Assembly: GCF_025526975.1 (NCBI RefSeq)
Contig: NW_026515692.1
Location: 248,001 to 312,000 of the forward strand
Source of the DNA: Fimicolochytrium jonesii
Lineage: Eukaryota
Length of the DNA stretch: 64,000 nt
Reading direction: 5' to 3'
Shown: positions 50,360 through 61,362 of the stretch, one piece after another
How the letters are laid out: each line of letters begins with the position of its first letter
How positions within the stretch are numbered: the stretch's first letter is position 1
Translations under genes and position numbers: made by a program
Notes under the pieces: model-generated
Database searches by the model: none
What the model was told of the DNA's origin: nothing
The model's input: only the letters and a program-made list of their open reading frames with translations

Positions 50360-52104
50360 ATGTGGGACCCCTACGCTGCCCAACAACAACAACTAGCCTA
50401 CGGCTCCGTCCCGGACGCTCAGAAAACGACCCTGTGGATGGGCGATCTCGAGGGCTGGATGGAGGAAAACTATATTCGCCAGTTGTGGTACGTACCATAC
50501 GATGCAAAGGGAATGATACGAGTATAGGCAAGCAGGACGTATGCTTATTTTTGTTTTTGGCTTCTTTTAGGGCGTCCATGGGAGAGAATGTGAATGTTAA
50601 GATGATTCGTGACAAACTTACGGGGTGTGTTTGGGGTGATAGTGAGAGAGTGTGAGCGACCCTGAGACTAACGGTCTATTTCGATGCTGATTCCTTAGAC
50701 AGAACGCAGGCTACTGCTTCGTCGACTTTATGAGCAACCAAGCAGCGATGCGGCACTTGACCACCATCAATGGCACGCTTATTCCCGGCACGAGTCGCAC
50801 GTTTAAGCTGAACTGGGCGTCTGGTGGGAGTGCTGCTGTCATGGGGTAGGCGGATGTGGAATGGGGGGTTGTAGTACATGAGGTGGAGGGAAGCTGATGT
50901 AGTTCCAAATTCAATGAATAGCGGCGCAAGGGATGACAGGGGCCCTGAATACTCGGTGTTTGTTGGAGACCTGGGACCGGAAGTGACTGACTTCATGCTA
51001 CTGGTATGTATCGTGAGAGGACGCACAGATCGGTTATTCCCTTCGCCAAAGCTCCACTTCTCACATCATTCCATTTATTTCCCAAAGCAAACATTCCAAG
51101 CCCGCTACATCTCCTGCAAATCCGCAAAAGTGGTAACCGACCCCGTCTCCGGCCTCACCCGCGGCTATGGCTTCGTCCGCTTCTCCGACGAATCCGAACA
51201 ACAGCGCGCGCTTGCAGAAATGCAGGGGCAGTACTGCGGGTCCCGCGCCATGCGCATCTCGCCCGCTACGCCGAAATCAAACGTTAGTGGCGGAAGTGCT
51301 GGGGTTGGTGGTGCCGGGTTTGGCGCTGCAGGGGGCATGGGGGGCGTGGGAACGCGAGCGGGGTCTGTGGGGGCTGCGGGGATGGCCATGTCGGCTGGTG
51401 CAGGGTACTATGCCGGTGCAGGGCAGGCGGGTGGTGGAGGCGGGGGAGGGTATGAGGCGGTGGATCCGACCAATACGACGGTGTTTGTGGGTGGGTTGAC
51501 GATGGGGATTAGTGATGAGGAACTGCGAAGGTTTGTTCTGTGAATGCGGTGGTGGAATCCTTGCCCACGGAGTTTGAGAGTCTCACCCTTGGGATTTCTT
51601 GATCACAGCTACTTTGCACCCTTTGGAGAAATTGTGTACACGCGCATCCCGCCCAACAAGGGATGTGGGTTTGTGCAGTACGCGCATCATCAATCTGCGG
51701 CGATGGCCATTGCGCAGATGAACCAGTACCCCATTGGTAAGAAATGGAAGAGATCCCGTTGAAGGCCGTTGCCCTCACGTAACACTGACCCTCTTTTTGC
51801 CTAAACAGGCGGAATCCGCGTCCGCACCTCCTGGGGCCGTTCCCAAGCCCCCGCACGTCCTCCCACCGGGCAGTACCCATCCTTCTCCGCCTCAACCTAC
51901 CCTCCAACGGCCGTCGCCTACACCTCACCGTACACCGCCACACCGTACGGAGCAGCACCACAACCGGCGTATGCGCGACAAGTGGAAGACCCGTTGCAGC
52001 CAGTGAGCGTGGAGAGGATGAATGAGGAGTTTGTGAGGAGGAAGGAACGGATTGAGGAGGGTGAGGGGGCGAGGGGCGAGTGGAGGAGGAGTGTTATTGT
52101 TTGA
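50360..52104 (+). CDS. Three-RRM RNA-binding protein, Nam8/Ngr1/RBP45/TRNAU1AP family; multi-exon
   Basis: TLWMGDLEGWMEENYI, GYCFVDF, FKLNWASG, EYSVFVGDL, RGYGFVRF, DPTNTTVFVGGL, KGCGFVQY, VRTSWGRS. Confidence 0.92.
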
Positions 52105-52725
52105 GGAAGGGGCAAGGGAAACGCCAAACCCGGAAAAACACTGCCACCCACGTCAAAAGCATTCTACCGCAACACCCCTCAATCAACATTTTTCGAACCC
52201 CCCGCAAACAAAACATTCGCCCCCACTTTGGTTTGTTCGTCACTATCTGCTCTCGTATTCCTTTCGGCATGTCTATTTTTTTTTTTTTCGTTATCGCTAT
52301 CGTCCCTTTCAGTGTCCCTATCTATACCATCCCGTTTCCCCGTCGGTGTTGCGCATTCTTTTATCGTATTTCGGTAGTTTCGTGTAGGTCTCATGTATAC
52401 CCCCGTCTCGTATTTTGTTTGGTCTCGTTATGTATTTTTGCTTTTGCTCTTTTGATGGGCGAGGGAAAACAAATGGGCATCTGTGTTTGAAATCGTATCA
52501 ATTGAATGATTATGGCTGTTGCTATTGCCATCTATACTCGTACGCTTTCCGTTCACCTGGCGGTGTGGTTTCCCAAAGGATATACTGTATGTCCCTACCT
52601 AACCTGTGCTTGCATGCCTGCCTACTATCCATCTACGGTATACAGCAGCTACTCCTACTTCTCCACACCCTCCTCGTAGGCTTCGTAACGCATCATCGCG
52701 ATCTCACACCGTCCCGCCGCACGCC

Positions 52726-53151
52726 TCACATCTTCCCCGCCCAAGTAACCCACAACCAATCCAACACACCCACATCCACCACACACACCACCATCACAAC
52801 AACCAGCCTCGTCCGCCACTTATCATACCGCTTCCTCGCCTCCTCCAGCTGATAATCCGTCATATGGATATGCGGGCTCGGCGGCAGTGGCGACTCGATG
52901 TTCAGCAATGACGAGGTCTCTCTGTTGCCCTTTCTGAGGGCGTGCGGTGGTGGTGGTGGGGAGGACGAGGGCGTGGCGGGTGATGAGGCGCTGGGCGGGA
53001 AGTGGTCGGCGGTGTTTCTGATTTTGTCGTTGAGAGGTGTGCGTGCGGTGGGGAGGGTCGGGGTGGTGGGTGGGGAGTCGTCGAGCATGTCGGTGGAGGT
53101 GGTGGTTTTGCGGGGGCCGAAGAGGCGGAGGAACGGGCGGAGGGGGCTCAT
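52726..53151 (-). CDS. Small putative membrane protein; 3' end uncertain
   Basis: Low-complexity N-terminus, then ARKRYDKWRTRLVVVMVVCVVDVGVLDWLWV. Confidence 0.4.
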   Translation of the reverse strand: MSPLRPFLRLFGPRKTTTSTDMLDDSPPTTPTLPTARTPLNDKIRNTADHFPPSASSPATPSSSPPPPPHALRKGNRETSSLLNIESPLPPSPHIHMTDYQLEEARKRYDKWRTRLVVVMVVCVVDVGVLDWLWVTWAGKM

Positions 53152-53863
53152 TTTTGGGGGAATTTTTTGGGTTGGGCTGCCTTTTTGGTTTTCGTCGATT
53201 CGTTTGCGGGTGTTCCGGAGTGGATGTGGATGATGGATGGCGTTATGAAGAAATGCCCATCCGCTGCTGATGAACTTTTATACGCTACGAGCTAACCCTG
53301 GCGTACTACGTAGGAAAACTGTCCGAAGAGATAGGGAAGTTACAGGATTTATTGCAACCCCATTTTGTCAGTTGGAAGCACCCGGCAATACCTGCTGCCA
53401 TTCTGGGCTATCAGCACCGGCGAGTCGCCGGGAAGGCCTCCGTAGCCGATACTCTTCCACCCTTCGTAAGCGCATATCCGCAGACAGACTCTGGCAACAA
53501 TGTTTTGCACCCAACGAAAGTAGTAAAGGACCCTGCAACGAAAAGATAATGTCATTTTCAGCCGTTGATGAAGGAGTCTTTTGACGGTTTGACAGCACCC
53601 ACTTGGGTTTACGTCAGCACATTGTAAGTCTTTTGCTCGCTCCAACAAACCATTCGGTATTGTACCAGGGTTGGACAGGAGTGAACATTATCATGAAAAG
53701 CTCCTTGTGAACTCGATCCTCAAACATCTCAACTTCTCCATGGGACCGCATTTTAGAAGTGCTCTCAAATGTTGAGGCGTCCCCTTTTATTCTCTCCAAC
53801 GCCCTGGGGTATATATACGAAGGCTCAAAGCCTTCACCTAAGCATGCGGGAACCGCTCAAGGT

Positions 53864-54723
53864 CTACCTCGGCCGCTTTGGGTGCGTCCGGTCGTAATCC
53901 TGGATGATCTGCTGTATTCTTAACATCAGGTCTGCTTTGACTGTTGCGGGGACTAATGCTGAAAGGAGGGGTATAGGTGCAGGAGGTGAGGGCCACATGG
54001 GAAACGACGGCTGAACAAATCCTGGTTGGCAATTCAGCTTACATCTGCCTTTGGGCGTGACTTCTTGTATGATCTCGTCTATGTCCAATGGGTCGTCCAA
54101 TGGCTTCTTTCGCACGATTTCTGCAATGAGGTGTATTCGGTTAGACATTCTTGTGGCATGCTTCCGAATTGCGTCTAGCATTCCATAGAGGAAGCACCCA
54201 GCCCCTAGCTACCCCCCCGTCCACAGGACACGTATCCGTGATCTACACACCTGCAGCATACGCTCTGAGTTGATCCCGCCACCCACAATCAATCAACCGT
54301 TGCCGAAAGTATTCAGTCAGCCTATAGACGGTCCCACATCAGCCATCAGTTCCGCAAGAACTCGTGCATCCCGACAGCGCAAACCCAACCCTCCCCCAAA
54401 ACATACATATCCTTTGCCCCACTCCTCGCCAACGTCCGCTCAATAACCGTATCATAGATCGGGTTATCCTCATCCAACCACGTGTCAACATATTCATCCG
54501 GCTCAACCGGGGTGTCATCTAAGATGCTGGTGATGGGGTTATCGGGTTCGTTGTTGTGGGTATCCCGGTCGTCTTCGTCATTGGCGTTGGCTGCATTGTC
54601 ACTTGAATTACTGCTGAGTTCGCTGGTCTTTTGGGCGAAATTGTAGGCGGGGGGGACGACTTTTGCGGGTCGGGTGGGTTTGGAGGCGGACGGGACGAAG
54701 TGGATGTTGTGTGGGAGGGACAT
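53864..54723 (-). CDS. SUS1: Sus1/ENY2 (SAGA DUB module, TREX-2) with acidic N-terminal extension
   Basis: IERTLARSGAKDM|LTEYFRQRLIDCGWRDQLR, DEIIQEVTPKGR|ALVPATVKADLMLRI. Confidence 0.85.
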
Positions 54724-54900
54724 GATGCGTGTGTGGTGGCTCAAGGCGTCTGCTGGATGCTCAGAATCTGGCTCAGAATGGGGCAATGGGCCGCGACTTG
54801 AAAGGCTGAAAGCGCGTTGTGACTTCGCCTCGGCGGCTAATGGAATTCCATCAGACTTACCCTTCCATCACCAATCCTAACGTTGAGCCACTTGCCCACC

Positions 54901-55863
54901 ATGAGGAAGCCACCACCTTCCACCCTAGTCCTGGCGCTGGTATGCCTTGTTGCCATCTTATCGACGCAGGTTGCAGCTTTCAACACCTTTACGACGTTGC
55001 TACACGCTGGAGAGGAGCAGTGTTTCAAAGAGGTGCTGAAAACAAAGGATAGAGTGGACTTGTCCTATGAGATAACGGACGGTGGGAATCTGGACGTCGA
55101 CTTTGTGGTAGGCATCACCAGGAGCATCTGAAGCCAAAGTTCCCTTGTGATGTTCATAGTCTTCACCACATAGGTTTTTGCACCCGGCAATCGTCCGCTG
55201 CAATCACACAACGCAGGGAGCTTCTTCACTTGGGGTTTCAACGCTGAGGAAGATGGCACGTACACCTACTGCTTCAACAACAAAAGGTCGTCGTTCGCGG
55301 ACAAACGGATCTTATTCACGGTGGTCGGGCCTGATGAGAAGTGGAAGATCGAGGAGAAGGAGATGAAGATGAGTCTCGGTGGGTACCACACAAGAAAGAG
55401 CGCGAAGTGGGCATCACGATGAGCCGGCGGATGGTCTAATTATATTCTGGACTCTCGTTCGACTACGTTTCGATATGAAGAAGATGACCCAACGGAATCC
55501 CTCCAAAGCGAGATTAGGGTGTTGGACGCGGGGATCAGGGCCATTAGGGAAGAGCACGCTTTCTTGAAATCAAGGGAACGCAGGCACAGGATGAGTGAGT
55601 CCTTGTCAGACGTATTTGTTGGGAATCCTGAGTGACATGGACTAAAGCGGAATCAATTGTAAACAGCTGCGGATAGCACGAACAGTCGCGTCTTGTACTG
55701 GTCGCTTGTACAAGCTCTGGCACTCGTGGGAGTCGTGTACTTCCAGATCAACTACCTGAAGAGGTAAGCAGGAGTGAAACAGGCGAAACAGCGCTCTGAT
55801 CTGAACCTCACCATGTTTGTCCGCATCAGGTTCTTTGAGATGAGAAGCGGTCGATCGATCTAG
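54901..55863 (+). CDS. p24/EMP24 GOLD-domain cargo receptor; multi-exon
   Basis: Signal peptide, GEEQCFKE, GGNLDVDF, DGTYTYCFNN, ADSTNSRVLYWS, QINYLK|RFFE. Confidence 0.92.
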
Positions 55864-56090
55864 TCCCATCTCGTCCTGCATTATACTGACCATATGATGT
55901 CTGCGCATACCGCTTTCTAACCCCATCCCTATGCGCTAATCCACTATCTACTTGTTGCATACCGCCAAATCGATGGAGGGTCTTTGGCCCTCCTTTTGCT
56001 ATACATAGACAATCTCTATCGAATCTAAGTCACCCGCACGGAACACTGACGCCTGGAATGTAGTCGAAACCTAGTCATTGGCCATGTGCA

Positions 56091-57479
56091 CTAAGCATGG
56101 TCATCCTCGAGTGTCGGCAAAAGGGAATTGTAATGCTCTCCCAGGCCGTATGCATGTCGATGATATCTGTGAACACAGGATGGCGGTTGCGTCAGCACTT
56201 CCATCAAGGCGTCACATGTTGCCCATCCTCCAAGCACTCACGAAACAAATAATGGATCAGCATCCAAGTCCTCTCCAATCTTCAACACGGGGGTTCCCAT
56301 TTGGACCACATGTATCGGCCTTTCCAGCGCGCGTGAGATTGCTTGCAGCTGCGAACATTGGAAGGGTGAGCAGCGCCTTCAGCCATTAACCATCACCCAT
56401 CCCTCATACCTCAGTCTGCCCACCCCACGCTGCCGTGTTCTCCACGTCATCACAGTAAGCTGTGTAATCCTCCGGTGTGAACATATCGCCAGCGTCGGTC
56501 ACAAGGAACGGGAGGAAGTCATCTGGATGACCTCGTAGGAAGTCCGCTGCTATCCTTCTCAGGTCCTTATATGTCTGTGATTCAATAGCGAGTGAAAAGT
56601 TAGATCCGCCGCATCACCGGGAAACGCGAGCAGAACGCACCTTTCCGTCCGCCGCACCTTTCGCCCCCAGCTGATCCACGATCGCGTTGTACATGCTAAA
56701 AAGAGCGGTATGAGTATTGCAGCCTGTTTCCCTCATGAACCCATGCGAACCTTCACAAATCCGTACCAATGTCCATCAGGCGGAATCTGCTTTATCCTCA
56801 AATTCATAGGTCCCAACATGTTTGCAATAACATTCTCTTCAATCTCCTTATGATTCACGGAATTCTTCGCCTCTTCTGCCGCCTGCCGCCTCATCGCGTC
56901 GAACTCTGCTGCTTTCCGTTGCTACAGGATTGAGGGTGAGACAGCTTTGTCGAATGGCTTTCTCGAATGAAAGCGCAACAGAAGACGCCAATGTCATACC
57001 TTTCGTAATTGCGCTTTGTTCGGCTTGCGCTTCCGCTCTTGTGGTGTACCAGCTGAGTTGTCCTCTAAAGATAGCCCTCTCAAGTCTTCTGCTGCGTCTT
57101 CTACAGGCACGTCAACCTTTTTGCGGGAACCGGTCAGCAGCCCCTCCCACAAGCGTTCTGCAACACAGGAATGCTGTACCTCTTCCGCAGTGTCAGCTCC
57201 AGCGGTCGTGACGCCGGCCTGTGCCGCCTTCTGTTCGAGTTCCTTTTTCTCGTTTGTATGTCTATCGTCCAACTCCTTTTCAAGTAGTGCCACTTGCACC
57301 TGAACTTCCTTTTTCTGTTGGAATGAACGATTGACACCCATTCTTTATTCTCTCAAAACACTGGACGGGAGTACCTTCTGCTTGTTGCCTCCAACTGACT
57401 TCTTTAAGGCAGTTATCTTCCCATTCAAGTCCTTGAGTTCCTTCCGGTGTCTCGCCAAGAGGTCCTCCATGGTTTCCAT
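56091..57479 (-). CDS. OTU2: OTU-domain deubiquitinase, Otu2/OTUD6B-like; multi-exon
   Basis: EDLLARHRKELKDL, KPNKAQLR, QIPPDGH|CMYNAI, HPDDFLPFL, AAWGGQTE, YHRHAYGLGEHYNSL. Confidence 0.92.
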
Positions 57480-57857
57480 TGTCTCCTGCTCTCTGCGAGT
57501 GTCCCGGCTGCAATGTATCCCCGTATATCCCCGTATGTGAGTGGAGGCCGGCCTTATCCCCCGTTCCGAGTCGTGTCCTCGAATGTGGTGTTTGACGTCG
57601 TGGCTTGAATTGAAACAAGGTGTGCTCGTGCTGGGCAACCGCGTTCAAAGGCTCTGGAAGGTTTGAATCCACCGAAGCGACCGTGAGACTCGGTGGCCAT
57701 GGAAGGATCGCTGGGGCGACTCTGTGGACAATGACGACTCGTATATCTCTCTTGTACAGTACTATATATCATAATACTGCTTTCAAAAAAAACTACTTTT
57801 GAACTATACTATTTGCTCTGCTTCGTGCGCTCTTTGAAAAATGGCTTGCAAACTATT

Positions 57858-58682
57858 CTACTCCTCCCTCCTATCCGGGCCCCGCTCGAACTTCACCAGC
57901 ACCTGTCCCGTCCTTGCGGATGTTGGCACAGGAGGTAGCAACGCCGCTGCAGGTCTTCTGCCTTCCTGCACAAGGATGTTGTACGTCGATGCAGCTTGTC
58001 GGGACGCTAGCACCTCAGTTTGCATGCCGAGGCTGTGTAGGTAACGTTTGAGGTGTGGGGGTAGCGGATGAACTTGGGCGCCGGTGCCTATTACGATGAT
58101 TTCTACGTGATACATGGAAATGCAATGGTGAGTGACTGCACTTCCCGCAAACGTTTTCATGATGCCAATGAAAGTGCGAACATCCCTCAAAGTAAACGAA
58201 CCTGGTGCATTCTCCATAACCTCAAATATCCGCAAACAATCCTCCGTCCATCCATAAAACGGGCTCGCAGGGTCTCCCAGGTCCTTCGCAACCGTCCCTG
58301 TTCCCTCATCATTCACCTCCACCTCCGGACTCCCTACGCCAAACTGTGGCACATCCCACAAGAAAATATGGCCGTTCGCTACAATCACCGGCCCTTGCAC
58401 GCGGGTTTCGCCGATCGTGAAGGATTTGTTGCCTACTGAGCGGAAGAGTTGGAGGGAGGCGGATGCTTCGGAGGTTGACGGAAAGAGGTTGTAAGTTCGG
58501 AGGGGCGAGTTTTCGGAGGTCGGTGTTTGTTGTTGCGTGGTCGCGGATGGCCTGATTGGTCTAGAGTTCGGGGTGGTTGAGCGGAAGGACCGGGATGGGG
58601 GTCGGACGGAGGCGGTTGGGTGGGCTACCAGCGGAGTGAGGGACCGTCTGCAGACCGGTGATACTATACGACGGGCGAGCAT
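57858..58682 (-). CDS. NDUFAF3: Complex I assembly factor NDUFAF3 (Mth938 domain)
   Basis: Mitochondrial presequence, IIVIGTGA, AASTYNILVQEGRRPAAALLP. Confidence 0.9.
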   Translation of the reverse strand: MLARRIVSPVCRRSLTPLVAHPTASVRPPSRSFRSTTPNSRPIRPSATTQQQTPTSENSPLRTYNLFPSTSEASASLQLFRSVGNKSFTIGETRVQGPVIVANGHIFLWDVPQFGVGSPEVEVNDEGTGTVAKDLGDPASPFYGWTEDCLRIFEVMENAPGSFTLRDVRTFIGIMKTFAGSAVTHHCISMYHVEIIVIGTGAQVHPLPPHLKRYLHSLGMQTEVLASRQAASTYNILVQEGRRPAAALLPPVPTSARTGQVLVKFERGPDRREE

Positions 58683-58911
58683 CGTGGTTGGTACGTATGC
58701 ATGTATACGTAGGTATATGTTGGCCTTCGTTGCCTTGGGGTTTCTTCCGTTTGCAACCTCCGAGTTCAACGTCTGGGAAACAGCGAAACGAGCGAAACAG
58801 GCGCGTTTGAGGCGTTTGCTGAGGACTGTGGGAATTAGGGAAGGTTCTCCAGAGGTTCACACCGGTGGCAACTGCATCCAACGCCCCAGCACAACACACT
58901 CACGAGACGCC

Positions 58912-59809
58912 ATGGACCTACAATCAGAAGCCAACAAGCGGAAAGAGCGGCTCGCGGCACTCAGGGCTGCCCGCGAGCAGGCAAAGATAGGAGGAGCCAA
59001 CAACAAGGACGCGAAGGAGAACGGCGGAACTGCACCAAAGTATGTTGCATAGAAGGGTGATCTGAAGGACTGTTACCAGAGGGGACGGGCCTCGGACACG
59101 GCCTTTGTGGGAGAGGTGTTGGGGCAATGCAGCTTTCGGTTGAGGTGTTGTGGGATTCGGGAGGACTAGCTGAGGTGGTCCAATTTGAACCCAATCGAGG
59201 ACCACCGCCAAACGTGCTAACCTCCTACTCCTCCTTACGTAGACCCTCAATACGCTACCGTCCCGACGTTGAAAACGGGCACCCACCATCAGAAGACTCA
59301 ACTCCGTCATCCGACCCCACCACCACCACAACAACAACGACAACCAAAATCGGCCTCTCCAAACCGTCCAACCCCGCCACCCTCGAAGCGACAGCCGCGC
59401 AAATCGCCAAGGAAGCCCTGGAGCTAGATAAAGAGCGCACGGCCAAGAACGGGGAGCTGGAGATGGCTGATCTGGCGCCCAAGAAGCCGAATTTCGACTT
59501 GAAGAGGGATCTGGAGGCGAAATTGAAGAGGTTGGAGAGGAGGACGGAGGCTTGTGTGGCGAATGCGATACGTAGGTGTTGCGTTGCTGGGTTTTTGGGA
59601 GGGGTTTGGGATCGAACTCGTGATGTCTGCATTGCGGATGTGGATGGGAATGTTACACTTCGTAGTCTCAAAACCTAACTCGCATAACCCTCACATTCAT
59701 AGGCGCACGCCTCCAAAAAGAAGGCGACCTCTCCCAAGCCGCCGACATCCCCGACCGACAAATCACAAACGACAACGACAATGATTCAGATGACGATATG
59801 ATGACCTGA
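58912..59809 (+). CDS. CWC18: Splicing factor Cwf18/CCDC12; multi-exon
   Basis: DLQSEANKRKERLAALR, DLAPKKPNFDLKRDLEAKLKRLERRT. Confidence 0.9.
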
Positions 59810-60558
59810 GGGACGACTCTGACATGGGACGTCTTGTTGACGGATGTGAATACATTCATTCCACGCGGGGCAAGGAGGATGTCTGGGTCGGGGATACATT
59901 TTGGTAACACCGGAAGCGTCGGCCCCAGTACGGCGAAGGATGGGACAGGGACGAATTTAATTATCACTACCGTAGCTGGTGCAATCACGATCGGCCCTGG
60001 CAACGGGGAGATTGTCGTGCCGAACAATGGAAAGCTCCTATTTCCTGCGACATCCGGCGGAACGGAAGGCGGGTCAATCACGCCTGTATGAAGACTGTTT
60101 TGAACTTTCGTCGGTGCGACTATCCAATTATCGGCGTGTGGGTTTGAAGGGGGCGTGGGGATTATATAGCAAGGCAGGGGGGATAGGCGGAAACATCAAT
60201 TGAACCATGAGATGGAAAAAGGAGAGCATACGTGAACGACCAGTCAAATCACATTGTCCTTTGTGTCCCAAACGGTACAAAAGCAACCCACATGTGCCTT
60301 TGCACACTTGACTCTGTAACGGAGGCTAATCTCACCGTCTCCCGTTAATAACACGACCGCCCTTTCCTGTACGATTTTGATTTTGTTGCTTGATTGAATA
60401 CACGAGGCGGGCCACGGCGGCGTTGCCGCCTCCAGAAAGGACTCTAGATTCGTGGACTTGTTACTCGCGGATATAACCCTAACTTTAAGTTATTTTGCGG
60501 GGAGGGCCGTTATTTCGCACGGGTTGTTACTCGCCATGTAACCCTAACTGTACGCAAG

Positions 60559-60659
60559 GGCTGGCGTCGGCGGCGTTGCCGCCTCTAGGCTTCCCATTGG
60601 CCCATGGGAACCCTACATACGTGGCCTTTCCATTGGCCAGCAACGCCGCCGACGCCAGC
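60559..60659. repeat. Perfect ~21-bp GC-rich inverted repeat enclosing CCATTGGC motifs
   Basis: ggctggcgtcggcggcgttgc ... gcaacgccgccgacgccagcc. Confidence 0.85.
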
Positions 60660-61362
60660 CTAACGTTCCTTCCCATCGGCCACGCTTCCCATTGGCCAGC
60701 CTTCCACCATTGGCTGGTGGAAAGAAAGACCCCAGCCAGCGTGCGGCAGTACAGTACGACGACGTGAGAACGGGGGATACGCGCTGTCGAAATGAGTGGG
60801 CAGGACGGCGGAGAATTCCCGAGCGAATGGGATCGACTCGGCATAGAACAAGTTCCTTTTCAGCAGTCGGGTCGATTTGAGCGCCAACTTCGGCGGTATC
60901 GGCCTTCTGGCGGCGTCAGGCACAGAACGCAACACAGACCAAAGTTGGAGCGTCAGGTTCAACTCGGACGGCAAGCCCGTTTCGTTGCATGACAAGGGAA
61001 CGAATTTGGCAACCTTCCTACTCATCGTCCTTGTGACTCTCCGCAAATGCCTTACCGCGGCCCTACGAGCCGTTCTCGAAGCTTGGTGGTGAACATTGAT
61101 TCTTCTCCCCGTTGTCAGGACGCAGCCAAAACGGATGCACACCCTGAGGGCGTCAAGTCTACCCTTAATCGAATCCTTTTCACAAACATCCAGGACTTTC
61201 AAGACCCAGACAAATCATATGCGATTCCCTGGAACGCAGATCTCTACCCTAAAAGTACACTGCAGGTTTTACGCTTGTAATAGGACATGAGTGCTATCAT
61301 ACATATCCACCCTACATCCCTCCTTCGCGCCCCTAATTAACAGAAGCAATCCCCCAAACCAT

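Noticed and set aside
50360..52104. Evidence for selenocysteine machinery (SECp43/TRNAU1AP)
   Set aside because: Three RRMs fit the general Nam8/RBP45 family, and no Sec-specific features appear in the window.
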